This document shows, in pieces, positions 25,392 to 38,329 of a stretch of 64,000 bases of DNA. Location of the stretch: positions 108,406 to 172,405 of the forward strand of contig NW_008246114.1 in the NCBI RefSeq assembly GCF_000281045.1, in the 5' to 3' direction. How positions within the stretch are numbered: position 1 is the first letter of the stretch; every line of letters starts with the position of its first letter. The translations under genes were made by a program, and so were the position numbers. The DNA is from Saprolegnia diclina VS20 (Eukaryota). The notes under the pieces are model-generated. The model saw only the letters and a list, made by a program, of their open reading frames with translations. It ran no database searches and was not told where the DNA came from.

Positions 25392-27754
25392 TCATAAATA
25401 CGTGGATGTTTCAATGTCGGACGCCGACTTGGAGCTCATCAACTTCTTCTTGCGGTTCTTCCGGTCCGGGCTTGTCGAGCCCTCCCTACGTGAGCGACGG
25501 GGTGAGTTGCCAATGGCAATATATCGATATTGGCGTTGAGGGCGCACATGATTTCGTTGATATTGTCCCATTTGTTGGATATGCGCATGTTGCCAACGGC
25601 TTCGGCGATACGGTGCTTTCGCACAAGCGACTCTACCTCCGATTTGAGAAGACGCTGGGAAATAAGGAGGTTACCGAGCGCAATTTTCTTCCGGGCGTCG
25701 ATGAGTGCTTGCTTCTTGACCTTGATCATGCGGCTGCGTTCGTCTTCCTCCGAGATGCGTATCAGCGTCTGAATGCGGTTAAATTCTTCGACTAGATATA
25801 CGGGTGTTGAAATTAGTTGTGATGCAAAAAATGACAATATCAGTGTACCTTTCTTGAGCCGCTCGACGTTGGCTTTCTTTTCTTCGAGCGTCAAGTCGCG
25901 CTCGACGGACTTGAGAGTTCGCTCCTTGCTGCGCTCCGTGTAGACCACATCAAGGTGGGTTTCCTACATATTGCATGGACGTGTGGATGAGCGCGCTGTC
26001 GATACGAATATATATTGTACGAGTTGATGCCGCTTCTTGACAATGGTCTCGACGCGCTCGTTTTGGTTGTTTCTCGCCGCTTCGACGCGCTGAAGCCGGA
26101 TGTCTTCCTCCTTGCGATTGCGTTCGGCGCGGTCCTTGAGCTCTACAAAGAACCATATTGAATATATATGTATCGAGAGCAATTGCAATATCGGTTGACC
26201 TTGCATTTCCTTTCGGTGCACTTCCATGGCCCGTGCGGCTGCGAGTTCTTGCTTTTGCTCAAATTCTTGTTTCTTCTTGAGCATGACATTTTGGTTTTGG
26301 TCCAAGGCGGCTTGAATGCGCGCGTTGGCCTTCTCTCGCCTACACAATATCGATAATATAAATATGTCCATATTTGTGCACGAAGGCACACCTGGCAGCC
26401 GCCTCTTGCCGTCGACGCTCATTGGCTTCGGCCATCTTTTTCTGCGCCAGCTCTTCGCGCTCAATGACCCGGCGCCGGCTCTCCATAATTTTATTTTCCT
26501 ACGCATATATGTCGTGAGCCACATAGATAATGTCGATATATAAGGTACTTGTTGCTGGAGGAGCTCTTCGGTTTGACGACGATGCAGCTCGGCCTTTTGC
26601 TTGCGGTCCATTTCTCGCTCGGCCATTTCCTAGGATTCATTGAATGCACAGGATGCAACCTATAGGTTGGCCCAAGATAACCGTACGCGCTGCCGTAGCT
26701 TTTCTTGGCGGCGCTCTTCTTCCAGCAGGACTTTTTCCTTTTCAGCTTCGCGTTTGGCGCGCTGACGGCGCGCCGCTGCTTCGGCATCCTGTGCAGATTG
26801 CAGTTGCAACATTGATATTGGTGCCGACAGCGCGCTACCTCGCTCTTCTTTTTCAATATTTCGCGCTCGTGCTTGGCCGCAACGAGGACGGCGCGGCGCT
26901 CCTTCTTTTCCTTTTCCCACTCGGCCTTGCGTTTGGCTTCCTGCGCGTCGCGCAGTGCATTTTGTTTTTGAATTTCGGCCATCCGCGACTCCATTTCAAT
27001 GATACTGGCGATCTCGCGTTCTTGCCTATATTGCATATTCATATCAGTATACACTGTGTTGTCCAATAGATAAGTGGAATATACCGAATCTTCATGGCTT
27101 GGAAGCGCTTCTCTTCCATTTCCATCATCGTCGAGTCGGTCACGACGATCTTCTCATTGGCCGGCGCGTTAAACACGTCAAACGGCGATATCAGTTTCTA
27201 CACAAGTTGTCATGTGAGAGCTTTCGAGCGGCAACCGCAATGCCAATATTGTTAATATTGGCATCGCCACGTCGCAAGGAGGCATTATAGGTACATGATT
27301 GTCGTTCGAGTCGTCGAACGGCTAAGAGACACACGACGCGATATGCATCATATCGACACAAACAACGAATGCAACTACACATCCGAGACAATACCTTCTT
27401 TGGACTCAGCTTGGCGAGAATCGGCGATCCCGTAAAGCCGGCATCGACCAGCTTTTGCTTTTCCCGGCGCAGCAGACCGATCTTGGTTTGCCGTCCTTCC
27501 TCAAAATGGGTAAAGCGAAGGTGGGCAGCCTCGCGCTCGACGTCGTCGTGCTTGTGCTTGTGGTGTAAGAAGTCTTCAATTACCCTAGGGTTAACGCATT
27601 TGCCGACCATGAATGATAGATATGCAGTGTAGTACCGCGGGATGATCTCGTCGGGTTCGATGCCCGTGCGAAGACATGCTTCGAGAGCGCGAGGGGTGTT
27701 GGGCCGGACGCCTTGAAGGATCGCATCCTCGAGGGACACGGCTTTCTTGGGCAT
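25392..27754 (-). CDS. Long charged coiled-coil protein of unknown function, about 10 exons
   Basis: N-terminal NTPRALEACLRTGIEPDEI..LRFTHFEEGR, followed by E/K/R-rich exons separated by AT-rich GT-AG introns. It ends ...SASDIETSTYL* at 25392. Confidence 0.75.
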
Positions 27755-28699
27755 CGCGTTGTCGTCGGTTTGATCTTGGAAACTAGCGCCGTTTGTATTA
27801 TTAGGAAGCGATGGTATAATTAGCGCTGGCCAGTTGAAGACGACACCCTAAACTTAGCAATAGCTGCATGCTTGAGGCAACGCGCCATTGCCTCAAATCG
27901 ATAGCGATACGCCAAGGCAAGCTCGATGCTGGCGCCTTGCAGTGCTTAACCCGATATAGTTGCAGAGACAACATTCCGCAAGGTCGTGCGCCAGCAACGA
28001 TCGCCGAGTGCTCAACCACACAAAGCGTTGCAGTCAGTAAACCGCTCAGTTTTTGAGAGCGGCTACATCGTATGTGTCCATCGGTGTAGTCCGAAATCCA
28101 TTTTGCCGGTCCTTTCAACTGCATGCATGACCAAAGGCAATGAGAAAAAACACACAAAAAAAGTCGAAAGTCGTGCGCCAGCTAGGATCGAAGGGGTGGT
28201 CATCTGAACCATCTGGTATAGAGCTCACAAGTTTTCGCCAGACAGCTAGCAGCAACCCCACTCATCTCAGCCCATTCTGAGGCCGGAATTGCTGATCTAG
28301 CAATTCCATCTCGAATATCTAAAACGCTGTCTGTATCATACTACACTTTTTGGCAACGATACATGGTCACAAAAGCTGCTTGCGCCAAGCCGATCTCGCC
28401 AACTGATCTTTGCACGGGCCAATCGAGTCCCAAGTATGTTTGACGGGTCAGTGTTCCGGGCCCTCTGGCGCTGCTCTGCGCTCCGTCAGCCCATTGACGA
28501 TGCTGACACCGAGAAGAGCCTCCAGACCCTCAAAAACCTCACGCAGCCAACTGCCCTCGCGCAGAAGGAGCTGTGGACAGAACGGACCGAGGCAGCGATC
28601 GACTGCTTTTACACGTCAGAACAATCTTCCTGGATGCACAACCTCAACACCAACGTCACTTATAGTCGCATGCATGAACTAACTATTGTGGTTCGTGGA

Positions 28700-29796
28700 G
28701 GGAATTACGGTGGACCGTTGTTCGCTGCGTCGATCGCGAGCAACTGCTGGAGCTTTGCGACGCTTCGAGTATCGTCGTGGAGCTGCCGCGGCCGTCGAAC
28801 GTGCGTGTCGAGGTCGGTCGCGTTTTCCAATCGCGTTGCACGCTTCCAAACGACGTTTGGTGCCATCATCGCCTCCGCAGCGCATCATACACGCGTCGCA
28901 AGTCGTCGTCCACAAGGTCGTCCGCCATCAGATCTCGACTGTCGGCGCTGTTGTGCGCGCCGAGCTGGCTAGGATGCTCCTGCACGAGCGCCTGGAGTGC
29001 CTCACAAAGACTGGTATACTCAAACTCAAACTCGATCCGCGTGCCGTCACGCAAAAAGTCGGCAAACGTGGCGCACTGCGCGCAGTGATCGACGGCGACG
29101 ACTAGGTCATCAATGGCAATCTCGCCCATCTCGGGCACGGCCGTTCTCAAAGTTGGCCAGACACTACGCGGCCACGTCCGAAAAGACACCGATGTCGTGT
29201 GGGAGCCGCTCCAACGCTTGGACAACGACCGCGTAAAGCACTTTGCAGTTGGCGTCCTGCGTCTCTAGCAGCGTCGCAGCCCACGCCGCACCTCGTGGGG
29301 CGCCGCAAGCGCGAGCTCGTGGAGGGCGCCGACGACACTCGTGACCGCCGCGACAAGGTCGTCGTCATTTCGCATGACGTCGTCGGTGGCGTTGAACACC
29401 GGCCCGATCGAAACAACGTAGCTGGCCACGAGCGCCTCCGGGGACGTTGGGTGCTGCAAGAGGCCAGCGATCGAGTCCGCGTGGTCGCTGACGAGGCGCA
29501 AAGCGTGGAGCAGCAGCGTCTCGTCGCAGTGGCCGAGCGTGGGCGTCGCGTCCAAGATATCGTGCACGTCGTCGGGACACATGCATGTGACCGTCGGCGC
29601 CACGGCAAGAATGTCGCTCACCGTATTTGAGATCGCGGCCACGTACAAGTGCCGACGGCTGGTGCAGAATGGCGGCAGCGACGCTCGACGACAGGCTGCG
29701 CAGCAGCAACGCCAACCCGCCGGTCTCCAGCACCTTGTCAAACGGGCGATCAAAGACGTAGCTGTCGACGACAACGAGAAGGCCGGTGGCAGGCAT
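28700..29796 (-). pseudogene. Frameshifted helical-protein gene remnant
   Basis: Overlapping coding-like ORFs in different frames (29365-29796, 29265-29828, 28866-29225) have no clean splice solution and contain premature stops. Confidence 0.4.
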
Positions 29797-30117
29797 GCGT
29801 TAATCCAGTTGCCGTGTGGCATGTACATGCCAGAAATGAACTATGCGCAGGCATAGTAGTTTGAGGAGGGTTCTGATGAACTAGTAGTAAAAGAAGGAAG
29901 TGAAGAATGTGTTTGAAAATGAAGTTTGGAATTTGAAAAAGTAGTGTTTTGTGAAGGAGAAAGAGTAGTGTGTACGTAGCAGCACGTATCGAGAGACCAG
30001 TATGACAACGATGGTAGACGCGAATCAACGTCCTATATCTGTTGAACGATTTATCGCAAAACAAAAATGCAAATAGAGTTAGTCGGCAATTAGTCGTCGA
30101 AAAAAGGGGTCTAGTTC

Positions 30118-31629
30118 TTAGTTGCCGCCGCGCTTCTTCTTGCCGCGGCGTTCACGGCCCTTTTGCGCATTCGGGTTCATACGGCCGTAGCCGATCGTGA
30201 TCGACGTCTGCTTCTCAACCTTGACGCCAAGATCGTGGGCGACGTGCTCGCCGAACGCGCTCTTCATGACCTTGGAGCTGGCCTTTTGGCGCTGGCCCCA
30301 AATACCGTGCATGAGCTGGTCTTCGCGGAGGAGGAGGTCGCCTTGCCGACCGCCCTTGGGCGCCGGGAGCGAAAACTTGGTGCCGCGCAATTTCTACGAA
30401 AAATATCAATGTATCGAGTGCACATTTTCAAATGAAGACACCATACCGTTGGGCGGTTGGCGCGCGTGTAGAGCGTGAGCTGCTCCGTCTCCTTGTCGAG
30501 CGAGCAAGCGACGCGCTCCAAGGTGGCGTTACCGCAGACAGGGCAAAACTGGCGCTCGAGCTCGGTCGTCGTCTTGAAACAAGCAACGCATTTGAGCACC
30601 CACTGCTTCACACGCTTGATGACCATGCCGTCCGTCGAGAGCAAGTGCAGACCCATCTGCAGCATGACGTTCTACAAGAGGCACTTGATCAACATCCCAA
30701 AATCCAGGAAATCCAGGAAATGCAGAAAAAATGCAGAAAAAGGCAGAAAATGCAGGAAAATCCAAATCAAATCCAAGGCGTACCTGCATCGAATAATCGG
30801 TCGTGATGCAGCCGACCTTCATGTTCTCGTCGACCTTTTCGACGGCAGTGCCTGTGCCAAAGGGCGACGTCGTAAACTGTGTCGCGTTCTCGCCGTTGAC
30901 CCAGTTCTTGCCGTCGTCGTCGTCGGCACCGACGTTGCTCTGCGCGGCAAAGCCCGCGCTCAGAATGCGCGACTTGACATCGGCGTGGCGGATCTCATCG
31001 CGGACCACCTGCTTTTCAACGATGGGGGCCGGCGGCGCCGCGACCTGGAGGTCTTCGGGGGCCACCTTGATGTGCTGGAAGCGGCACGACTCGCCGTTGC
31101 CGCAGCCGGCCTCCGAGTTGAAGTAGCGGCACGGCGCGTCAATCTTGGGCAACGGCGCGGCCTCGACCGCATTGTCGGTCAAGTCGTGGCTGAACGGGCA
31201 CTTGTCGCCGTTGCGGCAGCCCGACGCAAGCGAGAGGAACCGGCAGCGCACCTTGGAAGCGGGCACGGCAGCCTTGGTGCCCGTGACAACGGTCTCGGCG
31301 AGCTTGGGCTTGGTGCGAAGGTGCTCGACGCCGTTTGTCTCGCGCTCGAACATGTAGGTCAGCGCCATGATGCGCAGATCCGTGAGCGAGAGGAACTGAA
31401 AATCACCGGTTTGGCGCGCAAAGGCCGCGACGGCTGCGAGGTCCTTCTCGGACGGGTCGCGCGTCTGGAGCTCGACCGGCAGCCGCGCCACGAAGCGCCG
31501 GGCCTTGCTGTCCTTGATTTCGTTGAGGACGTCGTTGGTCGTCCAGAGGTTCTCGGCGACGTTGGTCAAGTCGGTCATCTTGATGAGCGCGCCGGCATCG
31601 ATCACGAGGTGCTGCAACTTGGCCGCCAT
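30118..31629 (-). CDS. NOB1: NOB1 (20S pre-rRNA D-site endonuclease) with two inserted CCCH zinc fingers, 3 exons
   Basis: PIN motifs HLVIDAGALIK, VLNEIKD, FARQTGDFQFLSLTDLRIMALTY and CITTDYSMQ|NVMLQMGL. Zn-ribbon CVACF..FCPVCGN. C-terminal LRGTKFSLP..LLLREDQ..GYGRMNPN. Confidence 0.95.
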
Positions 31630-32569
31630 GCTGGTCGTCGAGGTTGAAAGCGAAAAGATGCGACGACAGGCCGACCCCGTTGCAGCGGAAACCAATCAAA
31701 ATGGCCACGGAAATGGTGTGTGATACACGATTTCCGTGACACGCAATGGTCCTGCGCGGTGCGAAATAGTGTGTACTCGATCCTCGACACGCGGTCGCGT
31801 CTGCTCGAAATGCGAGAGCCTTGCCAAACGTACTAAAGAAGAGCGGATACAAATTCGCACTCAATATCTAGATGGATACAAGGCCATACATGCATGCTAG
31901 GCTCAACCATCGCCATCTTTGGTGGTCGAAGGCGGCCTGGGGCAGTACCTGAAAATAGTGTGCGGGAGAAGAGACATCGCACCGACTTCGGCGTGTTGCA
32001 CCATGTGCTCGTTGGAGATAGCAATACGATCTTCGGCGTTCTGTCTTTCAAGTTGGCCATGGTTCTTTGGGTCACTGTTTTCATGGACGTCCAATGCTGG
32101 ACGTCGGCCATGATCCTCCTTGGGTGCTGAACTGGTCGCTTATCATTGCATCACCAGCATCATCTCACTGGACTGCAACCCGTGCTGGCTACCAAAGCCG
32201 CCACGTAGCTGTGAGCGCACCTTGCATCCAGCGGTACTATCGACGTCTCGGTATACTCGATGCGAGCTCCGATGGCGGTCGGCTCGGCGAACGTCGTAGC
32301 AGTGATATCTCTCCATCGCAACAAGAGGGATGTCGACGCGCTGTGTTCGTCGCGCGACGAGTGCCACATGCGTCGACATTCTTGGTGGAAGTCTGGCATT
32401 GGCGAAGAAGACTGGGATGCGAACGTGATCGCATTCTTCCCTTGACGCCTCGGTGCCCTTGCCAGTTCGAGGACTACGAGTTGGTGCGAACACGACCCTT
32501 CGAACAGTATCTACGTTCCTATTTTCCTATTGCTACGTTTATGTTTTAAAAGCAATCCTATGCACTGTA

Positions 32570-33301
32570 CTACAAGTCGACTTTGGTACTATGCGAGACG
32601 GCATCCGTCATGACCCCGTGGAGGTCGAGCTGGTCGTCGTCATCTTCGTCATCTGCAATCGACTCGGTGTAGTAGCTCTGCGGCTGCAAGAACGAGTTGT
32701 TGAGATCGTCGTCGTCGTCCATGTCGGAAAACCCGCCGCTAAACACCGAGAGCGACCGACCTTCTTCGAGAAAGCTGTGCCACAGCGCACTCGGCCGATC
32801 AGCCTCGTCCTCTTCGTCGTCGCCTTGGTGCTCGTCGACGCTCTCGACGACCGAGATGTGGCGTGGTGGCGCGTCACCGCGCGTCGACTCGAGGAGCGGC
32901 AGCCCGTTCTGGCCACCGCGCTGCGAAAGCACAAAGAAATCGTCGTTGAACGTGCGCAAGGCGGGATCGGTGGGCGTGGCTTTGGGCGTACCCTTGGACT
33001 CGACCGGCGGCGGTGGTGCGTACTCGGTCGCGTCCGACGACGAGAGCGCCGTGTCGTTCTGCGACGACGCCTCGCGGCGCAGGCCCACAATAGAGAGCGA
33101 TAACGACGGCGCGGGCAGCCCGAGGTCCATGAGCGACCGGCGCGAGTGGCCGCAAAAGAGCGGCGACGAGCTCACGAGCGAGGCCGCAAGCGTCCGGTCC
33201 TTCTTGGCCGACGCAGCTCGGCGCTGGCGGACGCAGATGCCAACAAGCAGAAGCAGCACGACGGCGATGACGCCGACGACGATGTACTCGGCGGTCGTCA
33301 T
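32570..33301 (-). CDS. Single-pass membrane protein (N-terminal TM, acidic disordered tail)
   Basis: MTTAEYIVVGVIAVVLLLLVGICVRQRR followed by a Ser/Asp-rich tail; intronless. Confidence 0.75.
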   Translation of the reverse strand: MTTAEYIVVGVIAVVLLLLVGICVRQRRAASAKKDRTLAASLVSSSPLFCGHSRRSLMDLGLPAPSLSLSIVGLRREASSQNDTALSSSDATEYAPPPPVESKGTPKATPTDPALRTFNDDFFVLSQRGGQNGLPLLESTRGDAPPRHISVVESVDEHQGDDEEDEADRPSALWHSFLEEGRSLSVFSGGFSDMDDDDDLNNSFLQPQSYYTESIADDEDDDDQLDLHGVMTDAVSHSTKVDL

Positions 33302-33986
33302 GCGAGTTGAAAAATGCGTCTCGTTCGTCGGGCTGAAATGTTGCGAAGTCGCCAGCACGTGCGATCGGGCATCTCAGATTGCACTGCTGGCGATGGCCGA
33401 AAGTGCGACATGTGCATATCTAACACGTTCTAACATCGTTTTCGTCCGGATACGCGACTTTTGTCCGGTAAAAGAGACGACACAGAGTTAGACGCGTGTT
33501 ACAAGGGTTAGACCGCGTGGACCAGCTGGTGTCGAAGGAAACAACGAGTCGCTGGCTCCCAACAACAGCACAACGTACGAATCGAGTTCCACCACACCAG
33601 CTTGCATGGTCGCAGTGACCAACGTCAAGCTCGAGAGGCCGGAATGATCTTCCTGGACGACCATCCATACGAGCCACACAGCGACATATTCTTGGTGTCG
33701 TACTAGCTAACTTAATAGGGCGGAGCCTTTTGGGGTGGAGCCGGGTGGGCAGCACCCGCTTTGGTGTGGTGGCGGAGCCTGGCGTCACTCGACCTCTCGT
33801 CCGAACGCACGACCCCGACAACACCTACCCATTTATGGCTTGCGATCAGCGGCTCTACCAGCTGTGGCTCTACTAGTCCTGCAGCTACGAGCTCAGCTAC
33901 GAGATTGCTGTTCGTCGCCAGGCAAACCACTCTAATGGATGCTAAAACTAATCGATTTTAAGTTAATGGGCGAGAGCGGGTCATCC

Positions 33987-34826
33987 CTACACGATCGAGT
34001 CCCGGCTCTCGCCGTCGCTGTCCGACGTCGACCGCAGCGTCTCAAAGATCGACCGGGACGTGTCCATCGCACTCATCCACTCGGCGGCGTCGACGTGCTT
34101 GGCTTGCAGCTCGCTCGGGCGCACTGTGTAGCTGTCCATGGTGCCATCACGGATCTCGACTTCAATCTCTTCCTGGATGCGGTTTTGCGAGCCGAAAATA
34201 CCATCTTCGCCGCCCGTGAGCTCGTAAATACGCTGCGATTGAAGCAACATGAGGCTGCGCGAGCTCTCGACCGGCGACTGCCACCCCGCGCTACGGAGGC
34301 TCTGGAGCGCGTCGGGCGGCGCCAGATCGGCCATCATGTAGCGCGAGCTCTCGATCGGCGACTGCCACTCAGTGCTCGCCGGCGCGGGTGCAGGCTCCAA
34401 TGGCACGGTGCTGGACGCCTTTCGGAGCACGCTGCCGCGCGACGACTTGCGCGCCGGCGGCTCTTGCAGCATCGCGGGCTCGATCGGCTTGGGAAAGTAC
34501 TGCTCAAAGTCCTGCGCCGACGCAGTGCCCGGCGACGGCACAAAGCCGTGCTTGTTCGTATCGTCGGCGTGCTGCGACGACCGCCACCGGCGCGACATGT
34601 AGACACCGACCATAAAGATGACGCAGCAGAGCGCGACGACGACCGCGGCCGTAATACCCACGATCGCGGGCACCGACATGGCGTGGCCGTCGGCCGGCGG
34701 CGGCGTGGCGAGAATCGCATTGTGATCGGTGGTGCGGGTCTCGTTCATGGCGACCGGGCTGTCATTCGCATGCACCGAAGCAAGCAGGAGCAGCAGCGTA
34801 AGCGCGGTCTGTGCAGAATTCCGCAT
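33987..34826 (-). CDS. Type-I membrane protein with signal peptide
   Basis: Signal MRNSAQTALTLLLLLASVHA; TM IVGITAAVVVALCCVIFMVGVYM then RRWR; the cytoplasmic tail has a WQSP[IV]ESSR duplication. Confidence 0.8.
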   Translation of the reverse strand: MRNSAQTALTLLLLLASVHANDSPVAMNETRTTDHNAILATPPPADGHAMSVPAIVGITAAVVVALCCVIFMVGVYMSRRWRSSQHADDTNKHGFVPSPGTASAQDFEQYFPKPIEPAMLQEPPARKSSRGSVLRKASSTVPLEPAPAPASTEWQSPIESSRYMMADLAPPDALQSLRSAGWQSPVESSRSLMLLQSQRIYELTGGEDGIFGSQNRIQEEIEVEIRDGTMDSYTVRPSELQAKHVDAAEWMSAMDTSRSIFETLRSTSDSDGESRDSIV

Positions 34827-36507
34827 CTCTGAAAATGGAGCGCTTGGCGCGCCTCTGGCCGAGCGCCCTCTTCTTGTTTCGCAGGTTCCAAACACCTGAT
34901 CTGGATGTCTCGGGACAGGCCGTTCGGCGGCAAAGCGTGGGACATTGGCTAAACGCACCCAGATTAGGATTTCGCGCCATTTTTGTCCACCCAGGCGCAC
35001 GATACGAGCAGATCGCTACGAACACAGTGTCTACTCGCTCATCAAAAGAGTAGCTAGCTTGTTGATGACGACAGCGTCCAGAGCAGATTGTCTTGCCGCA
35101 GCGCCAACATAAGTCCGCGTCGTCCGTTGTCCGCGTGGTCGGTGATGGACTGACTGCAGTCCAGTCAATCGGCTACTACCGCTGGGCACTAGACACTGCA
35201 AGATTGAAAGGGCATCGCCTTGGTGGCCCTGACGCGCAGCAATATGCTCTTGTTGTCTGCTTGCGACTCGATGGCGTGTTCCTGGATCAACACAGCGAGC
35301 ACGTTTCAAGTCGCGTGTTTCCAGCCTGTGAACGTGAACGCATCGTCTGGGATAGCCAACGAAGCGTGTTCTCCGCAAGGTGAACAGTCTCTGCAGCACG
35401 GGGAAGTTCCTGCGGCAAACAAGTCGATTGCAGCTCCAACGACGTTCAGGGCGCTGCTAAAGTTGCGTTGGAATAGATGGTTGTCTTCGCGCCATCAATG
35501 TGGCCGTTCCAAGCCGCATGGGACACGCCAAAGCGTCGGGGATCGACGACAGCCTTTACGCGCACCTGACGTGACGCGTCTACCGTCGTATGTGGTGGGC
35601 ACATCGAGTCGGAGCGCCTGTTGGTTTGTGCTCTCGAGGTGCGGCACCTACCTTCGGTTGCTGAACCCTACGCTTCGTGTCGCAGCCACCGATCATTCCG
35701 CCAGCATGTTCTACAGTGTACCTTTGGTTCATTACGCCAGCGTATATAAACCTCAAGGACTACGTAGCAGTATCTTGCTGCACAGAAGCGATTTTTTGAC
35801 CGAGAAATGCATGGAGCAGGATCCAGCGCAACCGAAGGCAACGCGAACGATCGGCAAAAGCACTTGCCGTCGCCGATCACAGACGCTCGCTTTGGATCCG
35901 CGCGAACACGTCGGCGGCGTTGCATCGTCACTCTGTTCTCCGCACCAGTCTCGCCATCGTGGCGGGCTTGGATTTCAGACGCACGGGCGAATCAGCACGC
36001 GGCATTTCTCGATTTTTGGCCAACGAGCGTCGGCAACTATCAAGCAAAGCCCGACCAGCCTTTGGACCAGGCCACGTTGGCAGAACCAGGCACACAAGGT
36101 ACTCGCACCTTTGAATAGTAGCGTAGCAGCCCGACGGCAATGTGTCGGTCCTTGAAGGGCTTGTGAAGTCGCCGACAGGCGACGCGCAGTGCCGTGGCAG
36201 GCGTCGCACAACCCTAGTCGCTGACGTTGGCACGTCCAACACTGCCATTCAATAAGCACCAGTCCAAGCACCGCCGTCGACACCCGACGGGCCATGCAAC
36301 AGACACGCACACACGGGCGACGCTATGCACAATCCTCGAGCCCGACGCTTCTGACGCGGCGAAGTCACTACCGTGGATGCACAGGAGAGAGTTCGAGACA
36401 TCATCCTGAATGCACTGCTTGCAACATACATCATTACGATTCAACGTTGAGTGCTTGACCCTATCACTACTACTCACGTGTCCACTTTGTACTATAAACT
36501 AAAGTAT

Positions 36508-37659
36508 CTACAACTCCATTTCGATCATGTCCTCACTCGACTCGCTGCCCGCATGCAGCGACGACATGCGGAAGAGCGAGCCTGAGCTCGGGTAAATGTC
36601 CGAGCACTCGGAGATCGCGTGGCTGCTCGGGCCGCGCGACGAGTCAAAGCTGCTCAAGTGGCTCTCCGAATACGTGCCAGGCCCGACGGACGAGCTCGCG
36701 ATGGACGACCCACCAAACTGGACGGGCACGTTGGGCGACTGGTTGCTCGTGATCGTGTCGCGGCCCAAGAGCACGTCCCAGAGCGCTTGGTTGCTCCGCA
36801 TCGGCGACGACGTGAGCGCATGGACTGGTGTCTGGTTGGACGACGGCGCGCGTCGCGGAAACGGCGCATTGCTGCCCAGAAAGGTCGTGTTGTGGATCGA
36901 GCTGTTGTGCGTCCGGTGCATGCTGGGCGAGACGCCACCGCCGTACGGCTCGCCGTTATCCGGCGCTTTGAACGCCGCCGACGACTCGCGCTCCTTGTTG
37001 GACCGACGGTAAATGAAGACGGCGACGAGAATACCGACGACCGCGACGCCGCCCGTGAGCCCTAAAATGAGCGGCAGCGACGAAGCACTGTCCGGTGTCG
37101 CCGCCGACGTCTTGGACAGCGGCGTCACGGTGGTCGACGGGCGGACGGTGCTCGCCTCTTCTTTGATCGGCGCGACGCTGGGTAGAACGTCCTTGGGCGC
37201 TGGTGTCGCCGTTGGCGGCGATGTCGTCAACGGTACCTCGGTCGTTGGCGACAACGTCATTGTGGGGACAGCATCCTTGGTCGTTGGCTCGGGTGTCGGC
37301 GCTTCGGTGGATGGCGCTTCGGTGGGTGCTTCCGTTGGCACCACGGTGGGCGCTTCCGTTGGCACCTCGGTGGGCACCGGTGTGCGCGGTGGTCGTGTAG
37401 TCACTGGTGGCGGTGTGGGTGGTGTCGGCGGCGCGGTCGTTGGCAGTGGCGGCATTGTCACGGTCGTTGGTAGCGGTGTCACTGTGGGCGCAGGCGTCGG
37501 TGCGGGTGTCGGCGCCGGCGTCGGTGCCGCCGTCGGTAGCTCGGTCGTGGGCGACGACGTGACGAGTGGCGTCGACGTCGGTGGCAGTGTCAGCGTCGAG
37601 TCATTTTGTGCGGCGGCGACGACGGCCGCTGCCAGCAGCAGACGCCAAAGCAGTCGCAT
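36508..37659 (-). CDS. Mucin-like type-I membrane protein
   Basis: Signal MRLLWRLLLAAAVVAAA; PTPA/PTEA-rich stalk; TM LILGLTGGVAVVGILVAVFIY then RR; Ser-rich tail. Confidence 0.85.
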   Translation of the reverse strand: MRLLWRLLLAAAVVAAAQNDSTLTLPPTSTPLVTSSPTTELPTAAPTPAPTPAPTPAPTVTPLPTTVTMPPLPTTAPPTPPTPPPVTTRPPRTPVPTEVPTEAPTVVPTEAPTEAPSTEAPTPEPTTKDAVPTMTLSPTTEVPLTTSPPTATPAPKDVLPSVAPIKEEASTVRPSTTVTPLSKTSAATPDSASSLPLILGLTGGVAVVGILVAVFIYRRSNKERESSAAFKAPDNGEPYGGGVSPSMHRTHNSSIHNTTFLGSNAPFPRRAPSSNQTPVHALTSSPMRSNQALWDVLLGRDTITSNQSPNVPVQFGGSSIASSSVGPGTYSESHLSSFDSSRGPSSHAISECSDIYPSSGSLFRMSSLHAGSESSEDMIEMEL

Positions 37660-38329
37660 CGCGTTGGTTTGGTTGTGATGGAAACCACATGATGGGTGCG
37701 GCTTGACTTTGAACCTCGAAGTTGACCATTGACACGCGCCGAATCCACTTGATTTTATAGAGCGGACCCGGTAGCTTCGAACTTCGATCGAAGCTCCACA
37801 GAGTGTCGATCTCGACCTAGACAGGACAGGCAACTGGCTCGTCACGACGTGCAAAGGGCCGCGGCTTCCTGTCGTCCAAAGTCGCCGACTCACCCCTCGC
37901 CCAGAGTCCCGCCTCTTCCTGCAACGCTTACCGGCTGGTAGATACGCCCAAGCGAGTCGAGCTCGGCTTGCACCCAAGAGCCTAAGACGACGACGCATGA
38001 GCTCCTAACGTTACAACATCACAACGGCCGACCAGAGGAGGCGGCAGTAGCAAGAGTGGTGCAGTACTCGTTTGGCCGCGGCAATGTTCGCAAGAAGACG
38101 ACCACTGCCATGTCAACCTCGCAGCCACAACGCTTGAGCGGCCGAAGTGAGCGAACGTGCTGCATGGGGAACGCGGTGCAAAGCCACGGCGCAGGACGAC
38201 CCGAGTGCTTCGCGGGTGGCATCGGACAGCGAGAGAAGCTGCATTGGACAGTTGGACGTGCCGTAGATGCTGCATACATGGCGCGCGAAGAGTGGCGAAA
38301 AGATGTACTACAAGAAGCAGAAGCGTATA

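Noticed and set aside
30475..31647. 390-aa plus-strand ORF
   Set aside because: Antisense shadow of NOB1.
35031..36477. 311-aa ORF and overlapping short ORFs
   Set aside because: Non-ATG starts, no coding-like bias and no motifs.
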